Shown piece after piece: positions 1 to 12,659 of a stretch of 64,000 bases of DNA (positions are counted from its first letter, which is position 1; each line of letters opens with the position of its first letter). Position numbers and translations under genes: made by a program. Origin of the DNA: Octopus sinensis (lineage: Eukaryota); contig NC_043000.1 in NCBI RefSeq assembly GCF_006345805.1, positions 18,166,001 to 18,230,000 on the forward strand, read 5' to 3'. The notes beneath the pieces are model-generated. The model worked only from the letters and a program-made list of their open reading frames with translations. It searched no databases and was not told the DNA's origin.

Positions 1-598
1 GTAAATTGCGCACCTGTGTAATTTACGCCCGCGATTTTCAGGATAAAATTTGTTAAACAAAGCTTCTACTCATGTAAAATTCACACCTCAAAGTTTTCAA
101 AATTGCCGATATAGCCAGGGGGGGAAAAAGGGTTTCTGAAAGTCATGGGTGCTGTGTTATTTTTTGATTTTATAAGCATGTCTGCAAGTGTTTGTCATGG
201 AATTCGAAAAAGTGCCCAAGGAAAGATGGTGGATAATCTTGTTTATAATAAACTTAATTTTACATGTCTTGCCCACAAGAGATTATGTCCAATCTTTACT
301 ATACTGCTGCATGTCTTCTCAAACCACGATCACAAGTAAAGTTGTTGATAAGAATTATCAACAAAAACAAAGCTGATTAATATGCACAGGTATTGCGAAT
401 TAAGTTTAAATTACCAATAAACATCAGCTTGGATGACACTTTACTTAACCAAGTAAAATATGGCTCGGACTGTAATTACTAGCATGTACATCAAACTTCA
501 AAAAGTAGCTAACCATTTGATGGTTATCGTAAATTTATACAGAAAAAATAAGCATTATACTGTCCAGCATAAATAAAAGTCACCTTCATTATATTTAA

Positions 599-819
599 TC
601 CTTTCGTTACTGTATTTATTTTGAGATGCTCTGTGTTTCTTTCAATTATTTTAAATATAACAAAGAATTTAGTAAAATAACTCAGTTATCATTAAACTAG
701 TGTTAGGAATATAAATTGCAACTAGGGTTTGGTGGTATATTTTAATGCAAAACTTATGAAAACAAGACATTTGTACTACAGAGCCAGAGCCGGATTTGGC
801 CGGGTTGGTAACGAAAGGG
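599..819. mobile_element. piggyBac-like MITE family 1
   Basis: TTAA TSD (595-598, 820-823), TIR ccctttcgttac, ~221 bp. Confidence 0.85.
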
Positions 820-1690
820 TTAAGCCCATTAAATAAGTCAACTTCCAGTACGAATGTTTTGTACATCTTTTTTCAACAAAAAAATTTCTAAAAAAATTCT
901 GGAAATGTGATTTATGCACCTCCTCCAAAGTTTGTTTTTATTTTTGCCAAAAGAATGTGCATAAATTATATGGATTTTTATGGTAAGACAAGACACTCAT
1001 AAATATGAACACCAATACTTGCTGTGTCTGATGGATTACTCAGAAAACACAGTAGTAAATAGGATTCTCTTATAAAATAAGAGAGAGAGAAAGAGGAAGG
1101 AGATAGAAAGATAGGTAGAAAGAAAAAGAGAGAGAAAGAGGAAGGAGATAGATAGATAGGTAGAGAGAAAAAGAGAGAGAGGAAGGAGATAGATAGATAG
1201 ATAGATAGGTAGAGAGAAAGAGAGAGAGATAAAGAGAGAGCAGCTGATATGATGTGACTGAAAGTGTTATATAGCAGCAAAACTCATTAAGATATAACAT
1301 GATCCAGTCTGATATCTTCAGTCCAGTTACAGAGCCAACAACAAGCAATGTGATGACACTTCCCTATACAGTTGTTATGGTGACATATGCGGGGCATGTC
1401 TAAACAGATGTCCATTAAAATAATATTGATGATGATGATAATAGTTAAGGGCAGTGGTGGTGATAATTTTAATAACAATTGAGAGCAATGATGTTGATGA
1501 TAATGGTAGTTGTGTTGTTTGTGGTTAAAATGACTGAAGGACGGATGATAAAGTGGACAGAGGCAGAAAAGGAGAATGGAGATGGCATTGATAAAACAAT
1601 CAACAATTATATAATGCTACCAGTTACTTTAGAGCTGGGAGGATGGAGTGAAACAGAGTTAAGTGTCTTGGTCATCAAGGAGACATGAAC

Positions 1691-2338
1691 AGAGCTGGCA
1701 GAAACGTTAGCATGCTGGGAGAAATGCTTAGTGATATTTCGTCTGCCGCTATGTTCTGAGTTCAAATTCCGCCGAGGTCACTTTTGTCTTTCATCGATAA
1801 ATTAAGCACTAGTTGTGTACTGGGGTTGATCTAATTGACTGGCTCTCTCCCATCAAATTTGAGTCCTTGTGCCTAGAGTAGAAAAGAAAAGAACACCCAA
1901 GGCGGCGAGCTGGCAGAATCGTTCGCACGCCGAGCAAAGTGTTTAGCAGTATTTCGTCTGCCGCTACGTTCTGGGTTCAAATTCCGCAGAGGTTGACTTT
2001 GCCTTTCATCCTTTCGGGGTTGATAAATTAAGGAACAGTTACGCACTGGGGTCAATATAATCGACTTAATCCGTTTGTCTGTCCTTATTTGTCCCCTCTG
2101 TGTGTAGCCCCTTGTGGGTAGTAAAGAAAAAGGTATTTCATCTGTTGCTACGTTCTGAGTTCAAATTCCGCCGAGGTTGACTTTGCCTTTCATTCTTTTG
2201 GGGTCGATTAAATAAGTACCAGTTACGCACTGGGGTTGATATAATCGACTTAATCCATTTGTCTGGCCTTGTTCGTCCCCTCTATGTTTAGCCCCTTGTG
2301 GGCAAAAAAGAAATAAGACATGAACAGTTGACACATTA
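1691..2338 (+). mobile_element. Tandem cluster of three SINE family B copies
   Basis: Shared ggcgagctggcagaa head and gactttgcctttcatcctttcggggtcgataaattaagtaccag core. Other copies approx.: 4428-4650, 5040-5215, 19225-19660, 32905-33352, 34510-35245, 42318-42548, 49292-49497, 56303-56533, 60810-61027. Confidence 0.88.
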
Positions 2339-3585
2339 GTCAGTGGTCAAACTGGTTGTTAACTCAGTTTTAACCTTTTCAACATTTCAAATGAACGAAG
2401 GTTGTATTCGGAGAGCAAGAAACCCAAGAAAGAGGCATAACTAATAGGGATGAGTCTGAACCATCAAGGTGTTGCAACAGATAAAAAGGTGTGCATTTGT
2501 AAGTAGCCCAAGACCCAGAGTTCATGGTATGATTCAATACCTATTTCAAGTGACAGCTAGGAGATGTGAGATAATGTTGAATAAAGAGTTCTGGCCAGAA
2601 ATACAACAAAATGCCAGCAGTTTTGAATTCAAGCATTACGAAACAGGGTTTTCTAATATCCCTAATATTATTTGGTCACCTTTACCTCTGATTTTGCAAG
2701 ATATTGAGTATTTTTTCTTTTACTTGTTTCCATCACAGACAGGACTGTGACCATGTTGGGGTACCACCTTGAGGTGTTTAGTCGAAAGAATTCACCCCAG
2801 TACTTCTTTTCTGACTAGCAAATCCACTCACAAGGCATTGGTTAGCCTAGGGCTATATAGAAGACATTTGCCCAAGGGGGGCCACACAGTGGGATCGAAT
2901 CTGAAACTATGTGGCTGCAAAGCAAGCTTTTTAATCACACAACAATCATTATCATCATTGTTTAACGTCCATTTTCCATGCTAGCATGGGTTGGATGATT
3001 TGACCAGGGTCTGAGAAGCCAGGTGGCTGCACCAGGCTCCAGTCTGATCTGGCAGTGTTTCTACAGCTGGATGCCCTTCCTAACGCCAATCACTCTGTGA
3101 GTGTAGTGGGTGCTTTTTATGTGCCACCGGCACAGGTGCCAGGGGAGGCTGGAAGCAGCCACGATTGGTTGGTGCTTTTTACATGCCACCAGCACAGAAG
3201 CCAGTCAAGGCGACACTGGTATCGGTCATGTTTGGATGGTGCTTTTTACATGCCACCGGCACAGGTATCACATCTACAATTTCCATTTGATTTTGATGTT
3301 GAAGTACTTGACTCAATAGGTCTCCCCAAGCACAGCAGGTCACCCTACAATCCAAGGTAAGCACAGCAGGCTGTCTTGTGATCCAAGGTACTTTGGATGG
3401 GCTGGGGCTACTATGTGAAGCTGGTGCAGGAAACAGCTGTCTGTAGAAAATTTACAGAAGTAGTCTTAAGTGCTGATAAGGACAAAAATGCTCAAGTACG
3501 TAAAGTGCTTTACTTGACAGTATATTTTAGCAATGCTCACTATCATTAAGAGGCCAGTGCTTATCTCAAGCTTGCAAAGCATTAA

Positions 3586-4027
3586 CCCTCTTATTACCAT
3601 GTTTCTGTGGAAATATACGTCTTTTGTCTCAATTAATTTTGAAAATAATGAAGAATTTAATAAAATAACTGTCATTATTAACCCTTTCGTTACCAACCCG
3701 GCTGAAACCAGCTCTGGCTCTGTAGTATAAATGTCTTGTTTTCAAAAGTTCTGAGTAAAAATTTTCCATCAAACCTAAGTCACAATTTATGTTCCTAACA
3801 CTAGCTGAATGATAACTAAGTTATTTAACTAAATTCTTTGTTATATTTAGAATTAATTGAAAGAAACACAGAGCATCTCAAAATATATACAGTAATGAAA
3901 GGGTTAAGCTAGTGAGTAGAACATAACTTAACATGAAGTTTTGATAGGCTTAAATTTAGATCACTTTAAAACAGAGGATTGCATCAAACAACCAAGGATT
4001 GTATCAGATGGGTTGGTATCAAAAGGG
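3586..4027. mobile_element. Older piggyBac-like MITE with a family-1 MITE (3682-3903) nested inside
   Basis: Outer TTAA at 3582 and 4028 with ccc/ggg termini. Inner TTAA at 3678 and 3904. Confidence 0.8.
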
Positions 4028-4705
4028 TTAAATGGATAAACGATAAATCTCTTCCAGGTTAGGACCTTAATCAAGTAGCTTCCCCTGCAGAAAGAAATAC
4101 ATTCAGTAATACAAGAAAACAACTAATTTGTCAATTTCAAAATACTTATGTTATTTACAGTCAAGAAACAGATCAACATGTGGTATGAATATACAACTAA
4201 GTGAAGTTCACTACACAGCAGTAACCCACAGGTTACTGCTGTGAATCATATCACTCAATAGTGAATGCTAACAATAAGCAGTTATGTATCCCAAGCAGCA
4301 GAGTGAGGTGGACTGTATCACCTTGTGATATTTACTAAGGACTGGGTGAACTGTTTCCCCTTGAAGTGCTTCCAGTTGTATACCACCCTGGGTAATATAT
4401 AATTTGTAAGGGATTACATGATGAGTTGGGCGGTGAGCTGGCAGAATCGTTATGACGCCGGGCGAAATGCTTAGTGGTATTTCGTCTGCCGTTACGTTCT
4501 GAGTTCAAATTCCGTCGAGGTCGACTTTGCCTTTCATCCTTTCGGGGTCGATTAAATAAGTACCAGTTACGCACTGAGGTCGATATAATCGACTTAATCC
4601 GTTTGTCTGTCCCTTCTGTATTTAGCCCCTTGTGGGTAGTAAAGAAATAGAATGGGATTACATGATGACCATACTTCATTAAAGACATTAAGTTTAATTA
4701 CGTAC

Positions 4706-4747
4706 CAGTTCGTTATGGTTCAAGAGCCATTTTAGACGCATTGTTAC
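4706..4747 (-). CDS. GK5: GK5 coding exon 6 (VTMRLKWLLNHNEL)
   Basis: 42 bp, cttttag| ... |gtacgt, phase 0 to 0. Matches the RL.W.L.N motif. No downstream FGT.DTWL exon was found in 1-4705, so the gene runs off the window. Confidence 0.85.
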
Positions 4748-6128
4748 CTAAAAGTAGGTTTCAAGAAAGAAATGAAAAGAGAGAGATGACATTAATAGCA
4801 GAGAAAATGCATGTAGGTATGTGAATGTATATGTAAAATATATTTAAATATCACACATTACAACTTCAGAAACAACAATATTTACAAAGATCCATTTATG
4901 GGTCTCAAAATATTCTAAAAACACTATAATAGATTGTTTGAAAAAATCTCACCATTTTGTGCTTTTAATGTCGCTATTTCATAACCACACAGCAATAATA
5001 AAAACGATTATTGCTATTATAATCACTAAGGTGACAAACAGGCATTTCTTCTGACACCTTTATGCTCTGAGTTCAAATTTTGTTGAAGTTGGCTTTACCT
5101 TGTATCCTTTTGGGGTCAAATAAGTACAATATGAATACTGTGGTCAATGTAATTGACTTACCCCTCTACTAAAATTGCTGGCCTTGTGCTAAAATTTGAA
5201 ATCATTATTATTATTGCAATGCCATGTCACCAAAGATCTAGTTTTGCTTTTTATTTCTTTTGTGCCATGTTTTTGGTAATATTTTCCAAGCTGTAAGATC
5301 TAGCATTATAGCTCTTTATTATCAGTATTATTATCATCATCATCATCATCATTTAGCGTCCGCTTTCCATGCTAGCATGGGTTGGACTGTTCAACTGGGG
5401 TCTGGCAAGCTCGAAGGCTGCATCAGGCCCAGTCTGATCTGGCAGTGTTTCTACGCTGGATGCCCTTCCTAACGCCAATATATCATTTATTATTAATGTT
5501 GCAGCCTTACAAAGGTTAGGGACTTCAGATTCACTTATAACACATGTTTATTTCATCCCCAGAGCTTTTTCTGTCATTGTAAGTTAGACCTGACCAGAAT
5601 TTATTTTTCCATTGTATCACAATATGGTGAAGAAATTGCAAGTGAGAGGTGTCACCTCACAACTGATCAGAAGTATCCTCTTGTCAGTCTCAGTTTTGAC
5701 AGCATAGAGAATGACTGATTAGGTTGTTGACGCCTATTACTTTAAGATATACATTCAAAGAGGTTTATTGTTTATCATCATCATCATTTAGCGTCCGCTT
5801 TCCATGCTAGCATGGGTTGGACGGTTCAACTGGGGTCTGTGAAGCCAGAAGGCTGCATCAGACCCAGTCTGATCTGGCAATGTTTCTACGGCTGGATTCT
5901 CTTCCTAATGCCAACCACTCCGTGAGTGTAGTGGGTGCTTTTAAAGCAAATAGGGAGATAGTCACTTAAATGAAACCAGAATTAGTTTAATTTGCATCAA
6001 GAATAAAGAGGAATACAATTAAAATACTGTAAGCTATTTAGTTTCGTGCTCTAGTGCTTCTGCCGACATACCATCTTAGTTATTGATAAGAAATAAAAAA
6101 ATTATCATGAGGAAATGTCCAGTCTTAC

Positions 6129-6218
6129 TTGAGGTGATAGGAACCTGAGAACACTGGCAGCTAAGTGTCGCGGACTTCTGGTGAATGTATGTAATAGCTT
6201 TGCTCCTGTGTTTAAGGC
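6129..6218 (-). CDS. GK5: GK5 coding exon 5 (ALNTGAKLLHTFTRSPRHLAASVLRFLSPQ)
   Basis: 90 bp, ttaaag| ... |gtaaga, phase 0 to 0. Resembles the GK5-specific insert (vertebrate LHFFTRSKRLFTAS, from memory). Confidence 0.9.
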
Positions 6219-7083
6219 CTTTAAAAATATGAAGAAAGAAAGACATATAAATACCATCAGAAAGAAAAGAGATGTATAATAATTTAAAGACTTATTTCGT
6301 TTTATTTTCTAATCTCTATTTTCTCATTCTTACATGGGATGGATGAATATATTATCAAGGCATTTAATGCCAGTGTCGCAGTGTGACAGCACTAAAATAA
6401 GTGTTGTTTGGGAACAAAGAAATCAAAAATACCACAAATTTCAACCACATTTACCCTATGTATAACCGTATCAATAAATAATTCAATAAGTAAATTACAA
6501 CTCCTAAATACGTAACTAAACAGCGTGAAATCGTTTAAATCATACAAAAATTATAATCTCTACCATCTTCCGTAGTATGATATGATAGTAAAACCTTAAT
6601 GACCACAATAGTGCAATCAGTCAATATATAGGAGGATAAAACACTAACTTCCACAGCATACCTCGCTTCCTATCACTAATTCTTACATGTTTTTCATGTA
6701 AGAGATCTCTTATTCCATGTCTTTGATGATTTGTTGACAGGGAAAATGACAATAATGTCACCACTTGTAGCTTAAACAAACTGAAATAACCAATTACTTC
6801 ATAGTTTTGTATGTAATACAGGCACAGAACAGAATGAAGTATGGTACAGAATTTCATAGTATTAAACTTGTAGTTTATTCCAAGACAGTATTTTGACAAC
6901 TTCCCTGCTGTTAGTCATCATAATTAGAGGTACTTAAAGGAAGAATTGCAGTGTACATACAGAATATAACCATTATGATTATGTAATGAGAGTCTAAGAC
7001 AAACTGATATGAAAATGTTAAAGAATGTAAGTTACTATATACTACTTTACAAAAAAGGAAGGATGGCCATGTAAAAAAATTAC

Positions 7084-7177
7084 CTTCATTGTGTATGAAT
7101 GGTTCCAGTCTTTGACATATTCTTTTCCTCTTAAGTCTTGCCAGGTGATGAAGTTATGGAAGGGTTTACCAGTCTCT
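7084..7177 (-). CDS. GK5: GK5 coding exon 4 (ETGKPFHNFITWQDLRGKEYVKDWNHSYTMK)
   Basis: 94 bp, ttttag| ... |gtaatt, phase 2 to 0. Contains TG.P.HNFI.WQD.R. Confidence 0.95.
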
Positions 7178-8439
7178 CTAAAATTTAGTATGTTCAAATT
7201 TAAACATGAAGAAGGAGCAAGACAGATAGTCAGGGCAAATAGTTAGGATAATACAGATTTCACAAAAGATTTCTAAAAAAAAGATCACAGGTTTAATATA
7301 TCATTTTTAGTAACTATGATCAAAGATAATTTTATAAATATGAAGATAATAATTAAATGGATCAACTTTACTAAATTATTGGTGTTTATTTTGTCTTTAC
7401 ATATTGGAGATGATGATAATGCTCAACTGTCTCACAAACATCATAGACAAACAATCTGATTGGCTAACAAAGAACTCACTAACATATTACAGTTTCTCTC
7501 TCTCTTAGGTAGGACTGGCTTAAATATTCAGTAAAATAAACCCATATATAGGGCAGCAGTGAAAAGGAGAACCAGAGAGCATTTTTTTAGTGCTGGGTTA
7601 ATTTAGGGGGCAAATGGTACAATTGAACAGAAAGAAACCTCTTACACAATAAATGAGAAAAGAATACACTCTCTCTCTCACACACACACAGAGTTAAATA
7701 GAACATGATTACAAATGTGAGTTAGTCTAGGTCTTTCAGTTGAAGCATATTAAACAACTATTTGACAAGACAAGCTGGATACCCTGTCTCTGCTGAGTAC
7801 AGAAACAGATTTGTTACGCTGGATAAATTTTAAGAACTCGATCAAAGGCCATATAATTAAAAAAAAAAATTAGAAAATTTCTAAAAGAATAAATAAAATT
7901 ATAAGTAAACAATTTGCATTTTTTGATATATAATATGCTGAAATGCTAGGTGTCTTTAAGGACAAAAACTAATGGAATAAAAGATATTTTGTTTCATAGA
8001 AATATATCTTCATTAGGTTTTTCTTTAAAAAAAACTCACAACCAACACTAATTTCTTTGGAAAAATTATTTTCAAAAAATTTTTCTTTTTGTAGAAAATA
8101 TATTATTTTTCAACACAGAAGGACTTAAATTAAAAAGCCAGAGAGCCTAGCTGTGAGAAAAATACAAGAATGTAATGCATTCCTCCTATGCTTTTGATAT
8201 GTGGAAAAAAGAAGTGGAGAGTCTCTTGATGGAATGCTCCAGTTTCTTTTTACTGCTCCTCAGAGAAGATGTACCCAGTTGCTTTTTGCAATCAATAGCA
8301 TAGAATATTCTGCTACTTTATAAAGTATCACCTGAGATGATACTTTAAGCCTGAGAGATGGTTTAGAAGAAAACTGCATTTGAATCATAGGTATTCCAGT
8401 TCATTAGAGAAAATATAAAAGAAAAGTCTAATTCTCCAC

Positions 8440-8477
8440 TACCATGTGACAAGGGCAATGCCGGGTATCTCTGCTAG
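8440..8477 (+). mobile_element. Helitron-like 3' end
   Basis: gggcaatgccggg...CTAG|T. The 5' end was not confidently located. Confidence 0.45.
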
Positions 8478-8695
8478 TCCTTTTATAAAATATCTATCAA
8501 ATCAGTTGCTGTAACATAATGAATGTTATGGTAATCTTGTTCTTATTGTGAATCATGTTATTTCTAAAGTTTTCACTTAAATATGTTGTCTAGTATTGGT
8601 AGGTAAGTTGAGTCCCATGGTAATATATGAGAAAAATATAGCAGCACCACCAGGTATTGCAAAACTCACTGAATACTATTTTCACTGATATATGA

Positions 8696-9180
8696 CATGC
8701 ATAAGATCTGGTCATCAAATCTAAGTAAAGACTTCAAACTTGAAATCTTTAAAGCCACAGTCGAACCAATTCTACTATATGGCTCAGAAACCTAGACATT
8801 ATCAAAGAAGCTTGAGAGGCGGTTGGATGGGACCTACACTCGCCTCCTTATGAGAGCTCAAAATCTCTCGCGGAAGCGCCATCCAACCAAAATGCAAATG
8901 TATGGGAAACTACCACCTGTGTCATCTCTTGTGAAAGGTAGGAGAGTCCAGTTTGCTGGACATTGTTGTAGAGCTGAAAAAGAAGTAATTTCTACTCTTC
9001 TCCTCTGGAAGCCATCTACTCGCAATACCAGAGGGCGCACACTCTCCTACCCTGATGTAATCTCCAGGGATACAGGCATCCAGCAACAGGACCTCCGTAA
9101 TGCCATGATGGACCGTGAAGTCTGGCGTAGCATGGTAAATTCCATTGTCTCGACCACGGTCGAACAATGATGATGATGTC
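8696..9180 (+). mobile_element. RTE-like LINE 3' fragment
   Basis: KATVEPILLYGSET*...RRVQFAGHC...DREVWRS, followed by a (TGA)n tail. Confidence 0.9.
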
Positions 9181-9440
9181 TGTATTAGAAAACTCAATTA
9201 AACACAAGCATACAAAATTATACCAGCCACTGCTAGCACAGAAATGTATTTTCTTTAATTAGTATTATTGTTTCTTAGATAATAGTGATGGATTCACTGG
9301 AAAATATCATTGCTGACTAATGCCCTGCATAACATGCTTACCAGTCCCTGTAACCAATTCCTACTCAAACCTATTTGCCATTTCCAATGACTATTGGCCT
9401 ATCAAAACTACTCACCTGTCTTAAATACAGTCAGACTTAC

Positions 9441-9516
9441 CTGTCCCAAGTAATAAAAGTGTTCCTCTGTGTTGCCATACCCATGCAGGTTATCTGGCTA
9501 TAAGTCAATCCAGAAT
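9441..9516 (-). CDS. GK5: GK5 coding exon 3 (DSGLTYSQITCMGMATQRNTFITWDR)
   Basis: 76 bp, tttttag| ... |gtaagt, phase 1 to 2. Contains the glycerol-kinase TQR.T.I.W motif. Confidence 0.95.
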
Positions 9517-10402
9517 CTAAAAAGGAAATAAATCACAACATTTAAAAAGAGGACAAGCTTCATAGTAACAGCATGTTACTCTACACAGGAGAATATAAAC
9601 ATTATTATGTATATAGGCAATGCTGTTGCTTATATCCAGATCAATCCAAACAAAACATATCTATTATCATTGTTTCCCCAACATCGCTTGACAACCGGTG
9701 CTGGTGTGTTTGTGTTCCCGTAACTTAGCGGTTCAGCAAAAGAGACCGATAGAATAAGTACTAGGCTTACAAAGAATAAGTCCTGGGGTCGATTTGCTTG
9801 ACTATTGGCGGTGCTCCAGCATGGCCACAGTCAAATGACTGAAACAAGTAAAAGAGTACCATGCATTTGATTATAATAGTAAATCCGTAAGTCACAGAAT
9901 TCAAGCAAGATGGCTTCTCTCATCTTCCAAACATTTGATGATACATGTTTATGTACAAAATAGAAAATTTTTGTTGTTTGGCTCTAGCTCAGCCCTGTTC
10001 AAGCAGATCCAAGATCAAAACCATCTCATAACTATCTCATATATCTAGGACAATATTATCTGATGTGTTCTTTCTTTTTAAGATGATGGAGAATGGTTTG
10101 ATGGCACATGTGGTTTGGCTGCTATTTTTAGTAGGTTGAATGACAATATAGAGGTTCCATTGTTGGCTCAAGGTAGGATTGTAAAATTGATAGGTATTTT
10201 ATCAGCTCCCAAATTTGAGTTCTGATCAATATTCCATATGAGACGACTGTAAAAATCTCTTTAGTATCAGTAATTTTACCAGGTGGTTTTAATTTTCAAT
10301 AGGAATATCATCAGCTTTACCCTTATCTTCTGGTCACATCCAACTATGTGCTGAGAAGGCTTTCTATAATAGACATAAATTTTGTTAGTTAGACAACTAA
10401 AA

Positions 10403-10735
10403 GTGAAGGCGCGTGGCTCAGTGGTTAGAGCGTCGAGCTTATGATTGTGAGGTTGTGAGCTCGAATCCTGGACCGGGCTGCGTGTTGTGTTCTTGAGCAA
10501 GAAACTTTATTTCATGTTGCTCCAGTTCACTCAGCTGTAGAAATGAGTTGCGACGTCACAGGTGCCAAGCTGTATCGGCCCTTGCCGTTCCCTTGGACAA
10601 CATCGGTGACGTGGAGAGGGGAGGCCGGTATGCATGGTCTTCCATAAAACAACCTTGCCCAGACTTGTGCCTCAGAGGGTAACTCTCTAGGTGCAAACCC
10701 ATGGTCAGTGTCTGACCGAAGGGGGTCATTATATA
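10403..10735 (+). mobile_element. tRNA-derived SINE family D
   Basis: tRNA-like head with A/B boxes. 13-bp TSD tagacaactaaaa (10390-402, 10736-48). Confidence 0.9.
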
Positions 10736-10758
10736 TAGACAACTAAAATAAAACTTAC

Positions 10759-10852
10759 CTTTTATACAGCCATCTAGACAATATAGAACTTGATTGTACA
10801 ATGTGTCTGGTTCAATCTCACAGAACGTCGGCTGAGGATGAAGTAATTTTGC
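10759..10852 (-). CDS. GK5: GK5 coding exon 2 (AKLLHPQPTFCEIEPDTLYNQVLYCLDGCIK)
   Basis: 94 bp, cttcag| ... |gtaagt, phase 0 to 1. Matches the FGGY P..G.VE.DP..LW segment. Confidence 0.92.
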
Positions 10853-11241
10853 CTGAAGTGGGGGTCAAAGGAAAGGTCAGCAATCTTTAGGGATTAAAAT
10901 TTGGTAAAATGCATAAAAAGAAAACAAAACAAAAACTATCTTAGAAAAATCACTGTTAAATAGTGGAAACTGTTTTTCTTGCTAATGATTTTAACATCCA
11001 CTTATCCTCACTAACATGGGTTGGTTGGGTCAGCAAATTTTGACATTTACATTTGAATTGACTGAGTAAGTGCTTTTTTTTAAATCATTGAGTGTCCTTC
11101 ATACAACTAAACACACAATTGAGAAGTAGAAGAGATATTTCTGTATTGGTAGACACAAATAAATTTTAGAGAGACTTAGTAATTTTAATATTTCTATTAT
11201 TGAAAACAAGTGGATGTATTCCACCGAAACTAGGTAAATAA

Positions 11242-11379
11242 AACCTTCGAACAGAGACGAACAGTGGCGACACCTGCTGGGTCGACTACGCTACATTGAC
11301 AAAGGGCAAATACCCTGAAACGCGTCCGTAGCTGTCTGACTGGCAGTGTGAAGCGGCTGACCTCCCTTGTTCGAAGGTT
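11242..11379 (+). ncRNA. Foldback element with a decayed type I hammerhead ribozyme motif
   Basis: 12-bp perfect terminal IR aaccttcgaaca/tgttcgaaggtt. Core gctaca-TTGACAA-aggg(caaata)ccct-GAAA-cgc-GTC-cgtagc. Confidence 0.55.
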
Positions 11380-12202
11380 ATAATGGACACAGCTTGTGTG
11401 TCAAATAGCTATCTTAAGGCGATGGCCTCGTGGAGCTAATCAGCGACAGCTTTTAGTCTTATATCTATAAGACTGCCATATTAATATGGCGATAACAATT
11501 AATTTCAAATAAATTTGTATTGCCAGAAACACCAGGGGATATAATTCGAACACAGTTTGAACTTACATACCTCAGGTTTATTAAAACAGCTTGTTAACTA
11601 TTTGTTTTGTTAAAAGTGTGCTAATCACTTGACATCTTAACAACCCATTAATCACTTATAAACCACTGAGTCTATTAAGAAGTGAAAACTTTTGCCATTT
11701 GTATGTTTGCTAAAGTTGATAGATTAGAGCAGGTGTTATACTGAACTATAATGAGGCCTTGGGTTACAACTTTGGCTACATAGCTCTAGCTAATTTGATC
11801 TCTTTAGATGATAAAGTAGGTACAACTCGGTCTTTATATATCTACAAAGTGACCATAGACAAGACAAACTACAGTATTTATCCCCATCTATCTAGATAAA
11901 AACAGATACAACTGACTTTGCTTGTTCCAATCTATTAGATGTAAAGCAACCACAACTCAAATTTTGTGGTAGATTTTTATATTTTGTTTTATTGGAAAAA
12001 AAAAAGTGTCAAGTATAGGGTTTTTGGAGAGAGTAGAGAAAACTTAGCAAGAAGTAGGAATAAAAACAGAGAGGCAGGATATGTCGAGGGTGTGGGTGAG
12101 TGAGTCAGTTTGATACCCAAACATCATTTTAATTTTTTCTGTAATAATATACTTTTAATTAGTCTTTGATAAATAATTACTTAGTATTAATTGCCAATTA
12201 TA

Positions 12203-12586
12203 GGAAGAAGCACTCCGTCGATTACGACGATGAGGGTTCCGGTTGATCTGATCAATGGAACAGCCTGCTCGTGAAATTAACGTGTAAGTGGCTGAGCACT
12301 CCACAGACACGCGTACCCTTACCGTAGTTCTCGGGGATATTCAGCATGACACAGAGAGTGACAAGGCCGGCCCTTTGAAATACAGGTACAACAGAAACAG
12401 GAAGTAAGAGTGAGAGAAAGTTGTGGTGAAAGAGTACAGCAGGGATCACCACCATCCCCTGCCGGAGCCTCGTGGAGCTTTAGGTGTTTTCGCTCAATAA
12501 ACACTCACAACGCCCGGTCTGGGAATCGAAACCGCGATCCTACGACCGCGAGTCCACTGCCCTAACCACTGGGCCATTGCGCCTCC
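12203..12586 (-). mobile_element. tRNA-derived SINE family C (head resembles tRNA-Arg TCG)
   Basis: 14-bp TSD aattgccaattata. Other copies or variants at ~19683-19965(+), 27005-27403(+), 35763-36080(-), 61837-62105(+). Confidence 0.9.
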
Positions 12587-12659
12587 AATTGCCAATTATA
12601 TATTTTTGCTGGCATATATATTTATATTTTTTCTTGTTATTTTTTCCTTTTAAAGTTAG

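Noticed and set aside
1-180. CpG-rich segment at the window start
   Set aside because: Probably a transposon end, but truncated by the window edge and not classifiable.
6660-6790. Exon-like segment between GK5 exons 4 and 5
   Set aside because: The open frame has no GK5 similarity and its length would break the reading frame.
10403-10475. tRNA-like sequences at the SINE heads (also families A and C)
   Set aside because: They continue into SINE bodies with TSDs and have imperfect cloverleaves, so they are not tRNA genes.
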